From a bacterium (GTDB lineage: Bacteria > UBA8248), in the NCBI GenBank assembly GCA_963692865.2, contig OY843592.1, positions 3,616,001 through 3,680,000 of the forward strand: 64,000 nucleotides of DNA. Direction: 5' to 3'. Both the position numbers and the translations under genes were made by a program. Position 1 is the stretch's first letter; every line of letters begins with the position of its first letter. The notes below the pieces were generated by a model. That model was not told the DNA's origin. It searched no databases and was given only the letters and a program-made list of their open reading frames with translations. Positions 49,601-59,715 of the stretch are shown piece after piece.

Positions 49601-49759
49601 AAAGCGGCGCACCGCAAATTCCCGTAAATCCGAGAACGCATACCCGGACAATACAATTCAAACCCCCGCGCAGGGGGTTGTTGAAAAAGTCCTGATTTCG
49701 CGGTTTGGCGGGTGCGTAGCGGACAGGCCCTTTGGCCTGTCCGAGGCCGCGACCCGTCC

Positions 49760-50662
49760 CTACGCCAACGCCTCATCCACGAAGCGCATGTCCACGGCCT
49801 CATCATACGAGACGCCCGTGGAGATCAGACCCCCGCTCAGGCACGCGGCCCGGAGCCACTCGAAGCTCTCCCGCGCAAGGTACGGCTCTTCGTTCCACAG
49901 GCCGAGGCTCTTGTAGCGCGCGACCGCCGCCGTCAGAAGATCGAAATCCATATCCCCGAACCAGGGCGCAACGAGCCGGGCGACGGCTTCGGCGTCGTTC
50001 TCCGCGAGCCAGCGTTCGGTCTTACGCATGGCGCGCGTCATGCCGAGGGCGGCTTCGGGCTGCTCCCGCAGGAACGAGTCCGACGCGTAGAACGCCGTGT
50101 AGGTCGTGAGGCCGCGCTCCGCCGCCTGATACCAGGCGTGGCCCGCGCCCTCCCGGATCAATTCCTCCGCGAATGGCTGGAACACCTGAATGACGTCCAC
50201 CTCGCCCGCGCGCAGGGCGTCGGCGTTATCGCCCATCGTCCGGTCCGGGATTCTGTTCAGCGCATCCGGCTCCAGCCCCGCCAGGCGCAGGTCGTGCTGG
50301 AGGCACATCCAGGGGGTGGGCACCTCGCTCACCGTGGCGATTTTGGGGCCCGCCAGATCGCTCATCCGGAAAGCCGGGTTCGGCTCGCGCCCGATGAGAA
50401 AAAACGGGTCGCGGCGAACGACCTCGCAGAACACCTTGAGGCCGCAGTCCGGGTCCCTGTCATAAGCCACCAGGACGCGCATGGGGCCGCCCCAGCTCAC
50501 CTGCGCCTCGCCGGAGGCGAGCAGACTCGCGTTCCGGGCGGGGTCGGGCGAGGTCTCCATGCGAACGTCGGCGCCCTCCTCCTCGTAGGCCCCCAGACCG
50601 GATGCGGCGTAGAACGGCGTGTAGAAAACGGCCCTGAAATTCTCGAGCAGCGTGATGCTCAC
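49760..50662 (-). CDS. NMT1/TauA-like substrate-binding protein without signal peptide
   Basis: ENFRAVFYTPFY, WGGPMR, RDPFFLIGR, EVPTPWMCLQHDLR, VFQPF. Confidence 0.8.
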   Translation of the reverse strand: MSITLLENFRAVFYTPFYAASGLGAYEEEGADVRMETSPDPARNASLLASGEAQVSWGGPMRVLVAYDRDPDCGLKVFCEVVRRDPFFLIGREPNPAFRMSDLAGPKIATVSEVPTPWMCLQHDLRLAGLEPDALNRIPDRTMGDNADALRAGEVDVIQVFQPFAEELIREGAGHAWYQAAERGLTTYTAFYASDSFLREQPEAALGMTRAMRKTERWLAENDAEAVARLVAPWFGDMDFDLLTAAVARYKSLGLWNEEPYLARESFEWLRAACLSGGLISTGVSYDEAVDMRFVDEALA

Positions 50663-50710
50663 ATGAACCTCCTTACAGGTGTGAATAACGAATCTATCTA
50701 ACGACTCTAC

Positions 50711-51934
50711 TCAGAGAATCGGCGTTATGGTCTTCGACATCAACTCGCGCTCGTCTATTTCGAATATCTCCGCCAGCCAGTCGGCGAGAATCTCCTGGCC
50801 GATGGTGGGGTTGTCGTGCTGGCAGTGGTCGGCGCCGGTCTCTTCTTGATCGACGAGCCTGAGCGTCACGTCCACGCCGGCGTCTTTGGCGGCATCATAG
50901 ACCCTGCGCGCCTGGGCCACGCCGAGCACGTCGTAGCCCCCGTGGACGATGAGGTAGGGACACTTCATGCGCCCGATGTGGCCTTCCAGCGTATAGGGGG
51001 CGAGCTTCTCGACGGCTTCCTTGACGCTTTTCGCGCCGAATACCCACTTGATGGAATCGGCCAGGCGGTGCTCCTCGCCCGCGTCGCGCCATGTGTCATG
51101 CAGGCTCCACCCGGCGGTGTGGGAGAGCGCGGCGGCGAGCCTGTGCTCGTAACACGCCGCCCGGGCGGCGAAATGGCCTCCGATGCCTCCGCCGCAGACG
51201 GCGACCCGAGAGGCGTCCACATCCCCCCTGCCCTCCAGATAGTCGATGCAGCGGCCCACGGGAACCTCGTAGTCGTGGCGGCTGGTGACGCCCCCCCGCC
51301 TCAGCGTGCCGCCCTGGCCGGGGCCGTCGATCATCAGGACCGATACGCCGCGCTGCAGGAAACCCCGGCCCGCCATAAACCACATCTCGTCCTTGTAGGC
51401 GTCCAGGCCGCCGAAGCTGATGACGGCGGGTTGTTTCTCCACCCCGAAGGGCGCGGGCGCGAAATAGGCGTCCAGGTGCGCGCCGTTCTCGTAAGGGACG
51501 CGCACCACCTCGCCGGGCGGCGTGAGATGGGCGAGAAACGCCTTCGAGCACGCCTCCACCTTCTCGAAGGTCTCGAGCCTGCGCGGGTCGTCGGACGCGA
51601 GCCAGAACTCGGCGCTCCTGTAGTAATCCGCCGCGCGCAGCCAGCAGTTGCGCGCCGTCTGGATGCGCCCCGCGGCGGCGGCCGCATCCCCTCTCTCGCG
51701 GTTCCGGTCTCCTACCCGCGTCCACTCGGCGTGCCAGCTCTCGTTGTCGCCGGGCGTCATGCGGCTCGCCGCCTGGAAGCACTCGCTCACCGAGCCGCCG
51801 CCTTCCTGCGTCTCGCCCAGGGCGCGCCTGAACTGATAGGACATCCAGGGATGCTCGGGCCAGTGGTGCCAGCCGTAGGGTTCGTAGTGCGGCCCCCGGG
51901 ATTCGTCGATCCGGTCGATCGCTTTTTCTTCCAT
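50711..51934 (-). CDS. Alpha/beta-hydrolase of the FrsA/2,6-dihydroxypseudooxynicotine hydrolase-like group
   Basis: LRAADYYRSAEF, FGGLDAYKDE, IDGPGQG, HGGYD, GADHCQHDN; nucleophile elbow reads GGGIGG. Confidence 0.82.
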   Translation of the reverse strand: MEEKAIDRIDESRGPHYEPYGWHHWPEHPWMSYQFRRALGETQEGGGSVSECFQAASRMTPGDNESWHAEWTRVGDRNRERGDAAAAAGRIQTARNCWLRAADYYRSAEFWLASDDPRRLETFEKVEACSKAFLAHLTPPGEVVRVPYENGAHLDAYFAPAPFGVEKQPAVISFGGLDAYKDEMWFMAGRGFLQRGVSVLMIDGPGQGGTLRRGGVTSRHDYEVPVGRCIDYLEGRGDVDASRVAVCGGGIGGHFAARAACYEHRLAAALSHTAGWSLHDTWRDAGEEHRLADSIKWVFGAKSVKEAVEKLAPYTLEGHIGRMKCPYLIVHGGYDVLGVAQARRVYDAAKDAGVDVTLRLVDQEETGADHCQHDNPTIGQEILADWLAEIFEIDERELMSKTITPIL

Positions 51935-52318
51935 GAGGAACCCTCCCTGTGGTCTGCCGGGAATGGCGGCGCGTCCGCCCGGTCGGCGGATGGAAGAGAC
52001 TGCCCCCGCGCGAGCGGAAGTGAAATCAGATGGTGAACGATATCCGCCTTGTACTCAAGCGAAACGCACCGCCGACCAAGCGGCCCCCGAACCGTCCCGC
52101 CGCCCTATGCGCAAGCGTCGGATCCAGCCACGGGGGCTCTCCTTAACACATTGCCCCTTAGCACAACAGTGTCAGAGTTTTCGTCATCAATTCCCGATCG
52201 TCGATCCATAGAGCGTTAAAAAAAGAGAACCGACCTGCAATGTGATCCGCCCATTGGGGCACTTCCCAGAAATCCCGATGTTCAGTACCCAGAGAGAGCA
52301 ACTGCACCCAGACAAACC

Positions 52319-53671
52319 CTAGTTTTCAGAATCAGTGCCTTCCGTCTGCACGTCTTCCTGTAATGTTTCTATTCTTTCCCGTGATTCTTTCGCTGACTGA
52401 ATTGTGAGATCGAACGACCAGGTCCCATCCTCATCCCTTTGACTCCCCACCAATTTATTTTCCACTAGCTCCGGATAGATGATGCGAACCTTACCCCATT
52501 GCGATTTACAGCTTATGCTTATCTTTCCTCCCGATATTTTCCATGTCCCCGAACAAGTGGAGTTTGTCCAGGCGGAAGCAAGAAAACCCGTCACCTTACC
52601 GGACGAGAAAAAGGTGAACGATTGACGATGTCCACGAGAATTCACGCCACCGAAGATTTTCCCGGAGATCCGCGATTTCATCGATACATCCAGAAGCACA
52701 CGTACATCTTTGCAGAACTTTCCATCCAAACCCCGGCACCATGCGCCTAGGTACTTTTTGTATCCCTTCGGTGTATTCGACGATTTCGCCTGTCTAAACG
52801 CCTCGGTATCCAGCCTCGCACGCTCCGTTTCTTCTAGCATATTGAGGATACTCGTATATTTTCTCAATTTAGCGAGTTCTATCGCTTTTACCCCTTTGGG
52901 TCCCCGAATCGAGAGATCGGCCCCCGCCTCCAACAATAATCCGACGATCTCGAGATGCCTCTCCTGTGTTGCGATGAACAAGGCTGTCGCCCCATTCAGG
53001 GCGCGTATATTAGGATCCGCGCCTGCTTCGAGCAGAATTGGGACCATCACCACATAGCCCCTTTGCGCCGCATGCATGAGTCCCGTCCAACCGCGACCGT
53101 CACGGTCGCGCATATTGACGTTCACCTCTCTCCCACCCAACATCCTACTCAAACCATCGATGTCTCCCCTCGTCACGGCCTCCGATATTTTCGACAGTTT
53201 CTTGGGAATGACACGTTTTGTTCCGAGCCTAGGCGCTCTAACTTGCGCACCCCTTTTTGTTTTTGGCGGGCGAGCCGATTTCCGGGGAACAGCCAAACGC
53301 TTTCTCGGGGACCCCCACTCGCGAGCGCGTTTTTGCGCCAACGCGAGTTGTTCAGATGTCATCTTCTTCCTCAGCGCATCGCGCTCTTTCAGTGCATGGG
53401 TATCACCCCGGCTCGCCGCCAGATTGAACCACATGTGCGCTTCCACGTAATCCTGCACCACCCCCAATCCTTTGCGGAACATTAGACCCAACTGCCGCAT
53501 CGAGAGGCTGTCCCCTTGCGCGGCGGCCCTCCGCCATTGCTCGATCGCCTCCGCATAACGTCCAGCATCCCAGGCAGTCTTTCCCAGCCAGTAATCCGCA
53601 CGGGCATCCGCGACGCAAACCACCGTCAGCGCAACACAAAGAACCATTGGCAATGTTAATTTGCGATACAT
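52319..53671 (-). CDS. Secreted Sel1-like repeat plus ankyrin repeat protein
   Basis: Signal peptide (ARA); Sel1 repeat LGLMFRKGLGVVQDYVEAHMWFNLAASRG; ankyrin repeats GWTGLMHAA, GATALFIA, LLEAGAD; lower GC. Confidence 0.85.
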   Translation of the reverse strand: MYRKLTLPMVLCVALTVVCVADARADYWLGKTAWDAGRYAEAIEQWRRAAAQGDSLSMRQLGLMFRKGLGVVQDYVEAHMWFNLAASRGDTHALKERDALRKKMTSEQLALAQKRAREWGSPRKRLAVPRKSARPPKTKRGAQVRAPRLGTKRVIPKKLSKISEAVTRGDIDGLSRMLGGREVNVNMRDRDGRGWTGLMHAAQRGYVVMVPILLEAGADPNIRALNGATALFIATQERHLEIVGLLLEAGADLSIRGPKGVKAIELAKLRKYTSILNMLEETERARLDTEAFRQAKSSNTPKGYKKYLGAWCRGLDGKFCKDVRVLLDVSMKSRISGKIFGGVNSRGHRQSFTFFSSGKVTGFLASAWTNSTCSGTWKISGGKISISCKSQWGKVRIIYPELVENKLVGSQRDEDGTWSFDLTIQSAKESRERIETLQEDVQTEGTDSEN

Positions 53672-53880
53672 CTGGTTCTCTCCCCTTCTGCGATATCACT
53701 CCAAGTAAGAATGTCATTCAATGTTAGACACAATCATCATTCTTACAACATTTCTATCCTCTTCTTGCTTCATCTCGCCTTCTGGCTGTCTCCGCTCTTT
53801 TGTTGTTTCACGAAAAACCTAGTGCAGGTTTCGTACTCCTTGTCGTTTTTTCGTCTTGTCTTAAGATTGACATCGCTCCC

Positions 53881-55854
53881 CTAGGCGGAGGCGGCGCCTC
53901 CGGCCACCGGGGCGGGCGCGGGTTCTCCCTCCTCGGCGAGGCGCCTTCTCTGCAGGATGAATACCGCGCCCAGCATGATCGCGCCGGCCAGGTGGTTCCA
54001 GTAGCCCGGCCAGAACAACAGCCCCGCCGCCAGGAACAAAAGCCCGCGCATCGGGGTCGAGAAGCGGAAATACATGAACCCGACCATGGCGGCGGCCAGC
54101 GCCTGGAAGCCGAGAAGCCCCGCCGCGAAGGTCTCCAGCGAGAGCCAGGGCTGGCGGATGAGCAGAATCGGCGTGAAGGCGAACATGAGCGGCAGGATGT
54201 ACATGCCCTTCGCCGTGCGGAAAGACGCCCAGGCGGCCTTCGCCGGGTTGGCGTCCGCTATCCCCGCCGCCGTATAGGCGGGGACGCATACAGGGGGCGT
54301 GAAGCAACTGTCCAGGCTGTACCAGAACACGATGAGGTGGGCCGAGAGCAGCGAGAGCTTGAACGGCTCTCCGAGCTCCAAAAGCGCGGGCACGGCCATG
54401 ACGGACAAGACGATGTAGGCCGCGCTCGTCGGCAGGCCCATGCCGAGCACGAACGAGGCGATGCCCACAAGGAGGATGCCGAGAAACAGGCTGTCGTTCG
54501 CCAGATTCGTTACCAGCGAGGAGAACTTGAGGCCCAGGCCCGTCTGGAACAGCGCCCCCATGATGATGCCCACCGCGCCCACCGCCGCGCAGATGGAAAG
54601 CGATTGAATCGCGCCCTTCTCGAGCGCCAGGACGATGTTCCAAAGGCCGCGGCCGATTTCGCTCGCCACTTCCAGGAGGCTCGTGCCCTCCCTCCTGGCT
54701 TTTTCCAGCAAGACGAGCGCGCCCTTGAGCCCCGCCAGGATCACGACGGAGAGAATGCCCGCGAGTCCCGCGTAGGGCACGGGTCTGCCCGTCATGAGAA
54801 TCCCCAGGATCACGATGGGCGGCAGGAGATAGAACCACCCGTCTTTCATGATGGGGCCCAGAGGGGGAATCAATTCTCTGGGCATACCGACCAGGCCCTC
54901 TTTTCTCGCCTCCAGATGCACGGTCGCGTAGACGGAGAAGAAATACAAAACGGCGGGCAGAATCGATACCTTCACGATCTCCCAATACGATATGCCGGTG
55001 AACTCCACGATCAGGAACGCGGACGCCCCCATGATGGGCGGCATGATCTGCCCCCCTGTTGAAGCGGCCGTCTCGATGGCCGCCGCCATTTCCGGCTTGA
55101 AGCCGGTGCGCTTCATCATCGGGATGGTGAACGAACCCGTGGTGACCACGTTCGCGTTCGCGCTGCCCATGATGGTGCCCGTCATCGCGCTGGCGAAAAC
55201 GGCCGCCTTCGCCGGTCCGCCGCGCAGCCTGCCCGCGGCCGCCATGGAGAGTTTCACGTAGAAATCAGCGGCTCCCATGCGGTCGAGAAACGCGCCGAAG
55301 AGGATGAACAAGAAGATGTAGACCGAAAAGACGCTCAAGGGCGCCGTCCAGATGCCATCGTAGGTCATGTACTGATGATCCACGATGTGCATGTAAGTCG
55401 CCCCCTTGTGCGCAAGAAACCCGGGGAACCAGGGGCCGAAATACGAATAGACGATGAAGAAGAGCGATATCAGAGGAAGCGCGAGGTTGATGGTCCTTCG
55501 CGCCGCCTCGAAGGCGAGCACAAGAACCACCGTGCCCAGTATCAAATCCATGGTTTCGAGCGGTTCTACGAAATGCAGGCGATCCAGGTAATAGTCGATA
55601 CGCAGTATCGGGTAGGAGATGGAGGCGACCGCGAGGAGGCAGACGGCGGCCGACACGACGGCGCGCCACCCGCCTCCCGCGGGTTTTCGGTAGATGATGA
55701 ATATCAGGGTCATCCCGAACAGGTAGGAGAGCGCCCTCTGGGAAAGCGGTTCATACCCTCCCGTGTAGGCCACCTGGATGTGAAACCAGGACATGCCGAC
55801 GGCTATCGCCAGGACGAGCCAGTCCAGAGGGGTTCTTTCCTTGATATCGCTCAC
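53881..55854 (-). CDS. TRAP transporter fused permease (4TM/12TM)
   Basis: GGPAKAAV, ANVVTTGSFTIP, ASTGGQIMPPIMGA, LGMGLPTSAAY, TPPVC. Confidence 0.93.
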   Translation of the reverse strand: MSDIKERTPLDWLVLAIAVGMSWFHIQVAYTGGYEPLSQRALSYLFGMTLIFIIYRKPAGGGWRAVVSAAVCLLAVASISYPILRIDYYLDRLHFVEPLETMDLILGTVVLVLAFEAARRTINLALPLISLFFIVYSYFGPWFPGFLAHKGATYMHIVDHQYMTYDGIWTAPLSVFSVYIFLFILFGAFLDRMGAADFYVKLSMAAAGRLRGGPAKAAVFASAMTGTIMGSANANVVTTGSFTIPMMKRTGFKPEMAAAIETAASTGGQIMPPIMGASAFLIVEFTGISYWEIVKVSILPAVLYFFSVYATVHLEARKEGLVGMPRELIPPLGPIMKDGWFYLLPPIVILGILMTGRPVPYAGLAGILSVVILAGLKGALVLLEKARREGTSLLEVASEIGRGLWNIVLALEKGAIQSLSICAAVGAVGIIMGALFQTGLGLKFSSLVTNLANDSLFLGILLVGIASFVLGMGLPTSAAYIVLSVMAVPALLELGEPFKLSLLSAHLIVFWYSLDSCFTPPVCVPAYTAAGIADANPAKAAWASFRTAKGMYILPLMFAFTPILLIRQPWLSLETFAAGLLGFQALAAAMVGFMYFRFSTPMRGLLFLAAGLLFWPGYWNHLAGAIMLGAVFILQRRRLAEEGEPAPAPVAGGAASA

Positions 55855-55878
55855 GCTCTCGCCTCTTTCCCTGTACGG

Positions 55879-56862
55879 TTACATCGAGCCCCCGATCTCC
55901 TTGTAGAAGCGCTTGGCGCCTTCATGCAGCGGCACGCCGAGATGCATGCCCGCCTTCTTGGGGTCCCACCTTTTGTAGATCTTGTGGACGCCCGAGAGGA
56001 ACTTTTTCTCGTCTTTCGCGATTTTGAGAATCGAGTAGACGACGTCGGCGCTCATCTTGGTCGTGGTGAGCATTACGCCGAAGAGCCCCATCGAGTCTTT
56101 GGGCTTGGGGTTGCCCCTGTACATGCCGCCCGGAATCTGGCAGGGCGTGAAGCCGTTACCCGCCAGCATCTTCTTCACGTCATCGGACATGTCGAGGAAC
56201 ACGAGGTCACGGCCCAGGGCCGCCTGGATGCCCGCGCCGTTGGGGTCGCCCGAATTGTGGAAATAGTAATCGATCTGACGCGCTTTTATCGCGCGCGACA
56301 TGCCGTTCACACCCGCAAAGTTGAGCTTGTAGCCGCGCTCCCTGAGTTGCTTGTAGCTTGTCTTGTAGTGTTTGACGATCAGGCTCCCCACGTACTCCGT
56401 GCTGGTTCCCTTCTTGGCCACACCCACCTTCTGCGCCGTTTTCGACTTGATGATGTCGCCCCAGGTCTTGATGCCCCCGTCGTAAAGTTCCTTGGCGGCG
56501 TATTGGTGGTAGCAGGAAGGCCAGAAGCTGGCGATGCCGCGGAGGTTCTTGTACGATTTCTTGAAGGGAGTCCTGCCGGCCATCGCGGCGCCTGCGAAGT
56601 TCGAGAAGGTATAACCGAAATCCGCGCCTCCGCCGCCCACGCGCGCCGGGTTCGCCCGGCCGCCGCCGGGAACCACGCTGAGGATGACCTTTTTCTGCTT
56701 CCGGTTGACGATCTCCGTGAGACCGGCGCCCAGCCTGCCCATCGTGCCGCCCAGGCTGCCGACCGCGACGTCGTGTTTCGCGGGCGCGGCGTAGGCGTCG
56801 CCCACCGTCAGAAACGGCAGGCTCAGGGCCAGAATTGCAAACATCATGACGATTCTCTTCAT
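55879..56862 (-). CDS. TAXI family TRAP solute-binding protein
   Basis: AAGGAG RBS; signal peptide; GSLGGT, GGGRAN, IPGGMY, VPLHEGAKRFYKE. Confidence 0.9.
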   Translation of the reverse strand: MKRIVMMFAILALSLPFLTVGDAYAAPAKHDVAVGSLGGTMGRLGAGLTEIVNRKQKKVILSVVPGGGRANPARVGGGGADFGYTFSNFAGAAMAGRTPFKKSYKNLRGIASFWPSCYHQYAAKELYDGGIKTWGDIIKSKTAQKVGVAKKGTSTEYVGSLIVKHYKTSYKQLRERGYKLNFAGVNGMSRAIKARQIDYYFHNSGDPNGAGIQAALGRDLVFLDMSDDVKKMLAGNGFTPCQIPGGMYRGNPKPKDSMGLFGVMLTTTKMSADVVYSILKIAKDEKKFLSGVHKIYKRWDPKKAGMHLGVPLHEGAKRFYKEIGGSM

Positions 56863-57180
56863 TTTTACTCTCCTTGATGAAGTGAGGTAAGACTGCGGCA
56901 ACGTGAAACCAAAAAACCCCGCTCGCCGAGACGCATTCGAGTGATAACCAACCGCCTCGCCGCGTTCTCAACGAGCGCTCTTTTCTGTATGCTTGGGCGT
57001 GAATCTTACAGACGGAAGCGTTTCGCTGTCAACGAATCTCGGGAGTCCGGCGAGCGTTCTCGCGGCTCTGGAGTGAGGTTACGGGTTCTTCGCCGGAAAA
57101 GCGCTTGCGGTAGCTGTCTTGGGTGGCTGTCTTATTGATTGCGACGGCGATTGGATATCCGGCTCTGAGGAGGTTTTCGC

Positions 57181-57283
57181 TTGCGTGTGCGCCGCTCCGG
57201 TGTTAGCATTGGAATAATATATCCGCTGACAGCGTGCTGTCGGCTCAAGGGCCACTCTTCGGAGCGGCCTTTGCTTTTTTTTA
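57181..57283 (+). promoter_or_regulatory. Candidate promoter and structured leader with terminator upstream of the cupin gene
   Basis: TTGCGT-17 nt-TAGCAT; hairpin CTGACAG-CGTG-CTGTCGG; hairpin AAGGGCCACTC-TTCG-GAGCGGCCTTT followed by a T run just before the RBS. Confidence 0.5.
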
Positions 57284-57301
57284 CCTGAAAGGAGCCGCAA
57301 C

Positions 57302-57652
57302 ATGCCGTTTTACCGTTGGGACGAGATGAAGCGAAAGAACCTGGCGAAGCCGTCCGATTCCGAAGGCAGCATCATCATCGGCGAACACGTAACCCTCAAC
57401 CGCTCGGTGAGCCCGCCGGGCAAGCTGGCCCGCCCGCACACGCACGACTGCGAACAGCTCATCAACGTCGTCGAGGGCGCCGCCTGGTTCCGCGTGGGCG
57501 ATGAGGAGAAAACCGTCACGGCGGGCGACATCATCCACATCCCCGAGGGTACCGAGCACGAGTTCAAGAACGATGGCGATTCCGAGTTCATCTACCTCTC
57601 GTTCAAGAACAAATCGGAGGGCTGGCCCCCGCCGACCGCGACGATGGATTAG
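57302..57652 (+). CDS. Cupin domain protein
   Basis: AAGGAG RBS; PHTHDCEQ...VVEG, GDIIHIPEGTEH. Confidence 0.9.
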   Translation: MPFYRWDEMKRKNLAKPSDSEGSIIIGEHVTLNRSVSPPGKLARPHTHDCEQLINVVEGAAWFRVGDEEKTVTAGDIIHIPEGTEHEFKNDGDSEFIYLSFKNKSEGWPPPTATMD

Positions 57653-57705
57653 TTTCTCGCTTTTAACCCCGCGTGAAGTTCTTCGGGGCCAAACCCGGCC
57701 GGGGA

Positions 57706-58176
57706 GGGGTTGTTGAAAAAACCTCGTCTGCAACCCCCGCAAACCGCCAACGCCTCTTTCCTCACCCTGAGTAGCCGCCGAAGGTCAAACGCGACTGAGA
57801 AGGGAGCGTTTGTATCGAAGGGCTTGCCCGAGTCTGTCGAGGGGAGCGCTCCCCTTTTTGGCCGGCAATCGCTCCCGCATTGGTCGCGATTGACCTTCGA
57901 TACGCGGCTTCGCCGCTACTCAGGATGAGGTGGTATGGCGCCCGGTTGTGCACAGGCAACCCCGTCTGCGGGCAAGTGTAGGGGCCGCATATATGCGGCC
58001 CACGCCGGGCGGCGAAAAAAGGCCGGGTCGCATGTATGCGACCCCTACACCCAACACCCCTTCGTCCCGCAGATCGCCAGAATGACGGTGGTTTTCTCGC
58101 ATTGAGGGATTTTTTTTACAGCCCCTTGAGGGGGAGTGGTTCAACCCCACCTCAAGAGCTTTTTCAACAACCCCCC
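57706..58176. repeat. Repeat cluster (MITE-like ends, long palindrome, GTAG REP doublet)
   Basis: GGGGTTGTTGAAAAA 57706; CTCACCCTGAGTAG...CTACTCAGGATGAG 57760-57930; REP doublet 57978-58049; TTTTTCAACAACCCC 58160. Confidence 0.75.
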
Positions 58177-59297
58177 TTGAGGCCCGCTTCCAACTCCTCG
58201 GGGTCGATGGGCAGCTTCACGGCCTGCTTCCGCTTGGCGGACAGGTCGCACGCCATGCAGAGCATGAGGTTCCGGTGCCCCTCCGCCCCCGTGGCGTGGG
58301 GCATGTCGACGCCCGTGTAGAGGTGCGAGAGCCAGGCGATGGACTCATCGCGCATCGGCCCCCAGAACTGGCCCCTGGACATGTCCCCCGCCGGGTAGCT
58401 TTCGAGCAGGTGCACGTGGCGCTCCTCCCCCCGGTGGGAGGCCAGCGGGTTCTCCGACGCCATGATGAAATCCGCATGGGTGTCGTCGATGGTGAGCGCG
58501 CCCTCGGTCCCCACCACGCTGATGGTGACGCCGTAGGTCGAGGCGGGCCAGATGGTGGGCATCCCCCAGTTGCACTCCATGCTCCAGATGGCGCCGTCCT
58601 CGAAGGTGAAGATGCTGAAGGTGGCGTCTTGTGTGCCGATGCCCGTCATCACGCGCGATATCGAGCGCGATACCACCTCGGCGGGCTTCTTCTCCGGCCC
58701 CATCACGAACAGCATCACGTCGAGCGCATGGGTGCCGGATATCACCATCGGCGTCAGCATCGAGCGGTCCTCGTTTTTCGACAGCCGCGTGATGCCGACC
58801 TGGCGGTTCAGCAGCGCGCGCGTCGTGGCCGAGGTGACCTCGCCCAGAACGCCCGATTGCACGTGCTCGCGCGCCGTGAGCCAGCGCCTCCTGAACCGCT
58901 GGGTGTAGCCCACGAGCAGCTCGGCGTCCGCCGCCTCCGCCGCCTCCACGATTTTCGCCGACTCCGCCACGCTCGTCGCCAGCGGTTTTTCGACCAGAAT
59001 CCGGTGGCCCCGCCCTATCGCCTCCCAAAGCGGCTCCGCGTGCCATTCCTCGTCTGTGGCGATGACGACGGCGTTGACCTCGGGGCGCCGGATGAGTTCG
59101 GCGAAATCGGTCGTGAAGAAATCGGCCCCGAACTCCCCGGCCATCGCCCTGCCCTTCTTCTCGTCGATGTCGCAACAGCCTAGCCACTCCGTTCCCGGGT
59201 ACTCCCTGGCGCAGCGCGCACGAATGCGGCCCACGCGACCGCAGCCGACCACGGCCAGGCCAATCGGATTCCTCTCGCCTCCCGAAACCGCCATCAT
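58164..59297 (-). CDS. Gfo/Idh/MocA family oxidoreductase
   Basis: AVVGCGRVG, LVEKPLA, VGYTQRFRRR, VISGTHALD. Confidence 0.9.
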   Translation of the reverse strand: MMAVSGGERNPIGLAVVGCGRVGRIRARCAREYPGTEWLGCCDIDEKKGRAMAGEFGADFFTTDFAELIRRPEVNAVVIATDEEWHAEPLWEAIGRGHRILVEKPLATSVAESAKIVEAAEAADAELLVGYTQRFRRRWLTAREHVQSGVLGEVTSATTRALLNRQVGITRLSKNEDRSMLTPMVISGTHALDVMLFVMGPEKKPAEVVSRSISRVMTGIGTQDATFSIFTFEDGAIWSMECNWGMPTIWPASTYGVTISVVGTEGALTIDDTHADFIMASENPLASHRGEERHVHLLESYPAGDMSRGQFWGPMRDESIAWLSHLYTGVDMPHATGAEGHRNLMLCMACDLSAKRKQAVKLPIDPEELEAGLKGGC

Positions 59298-59715
59298 CCT
59301 CTCCCGTGAAATCATCGAGACGCATAAGAAAGCGCCGTCGCCTCAAGCGACGCTGTCTGGATTCCCCTTCATAGCAGCTTCGGGGAATGGGCGCATCATT
59401 GGCCGCGTCTTTGCGCAGAGAGATTTTCGAACGATGGGAGGGACTACGCCTTCGCAAGAAACAGGAAATTACGCTGTAGGGACAGGCCCCCGTGCCTGTC
59501 CGGGAAGGGACAACCACAGGGGGTTGTCCCTACGAACAGCAAACCCTTTCGTCCCTACGAAGCTCTCCGAACCGAAGGTTGTCGTCACTCCGGCATCAGA
59601 ACCAACCTAATCGAGAGGGTTTGACGGAATCAAGGATTTCCGAAATGCCCTGTGTAGGGGTCGCATACATGCGACCCGCATGCCACGAACCGGTCGGGCC
59701 GCATGTATGCGGCCC

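Noticed and set aside
57130-57175. Fluoride riboswitch-like GGCGAT motif upstream of the cupin
   Set aside because: The required pairing and downstream conserved segment are not present, and the motif lies upstream of the candidate promoter.
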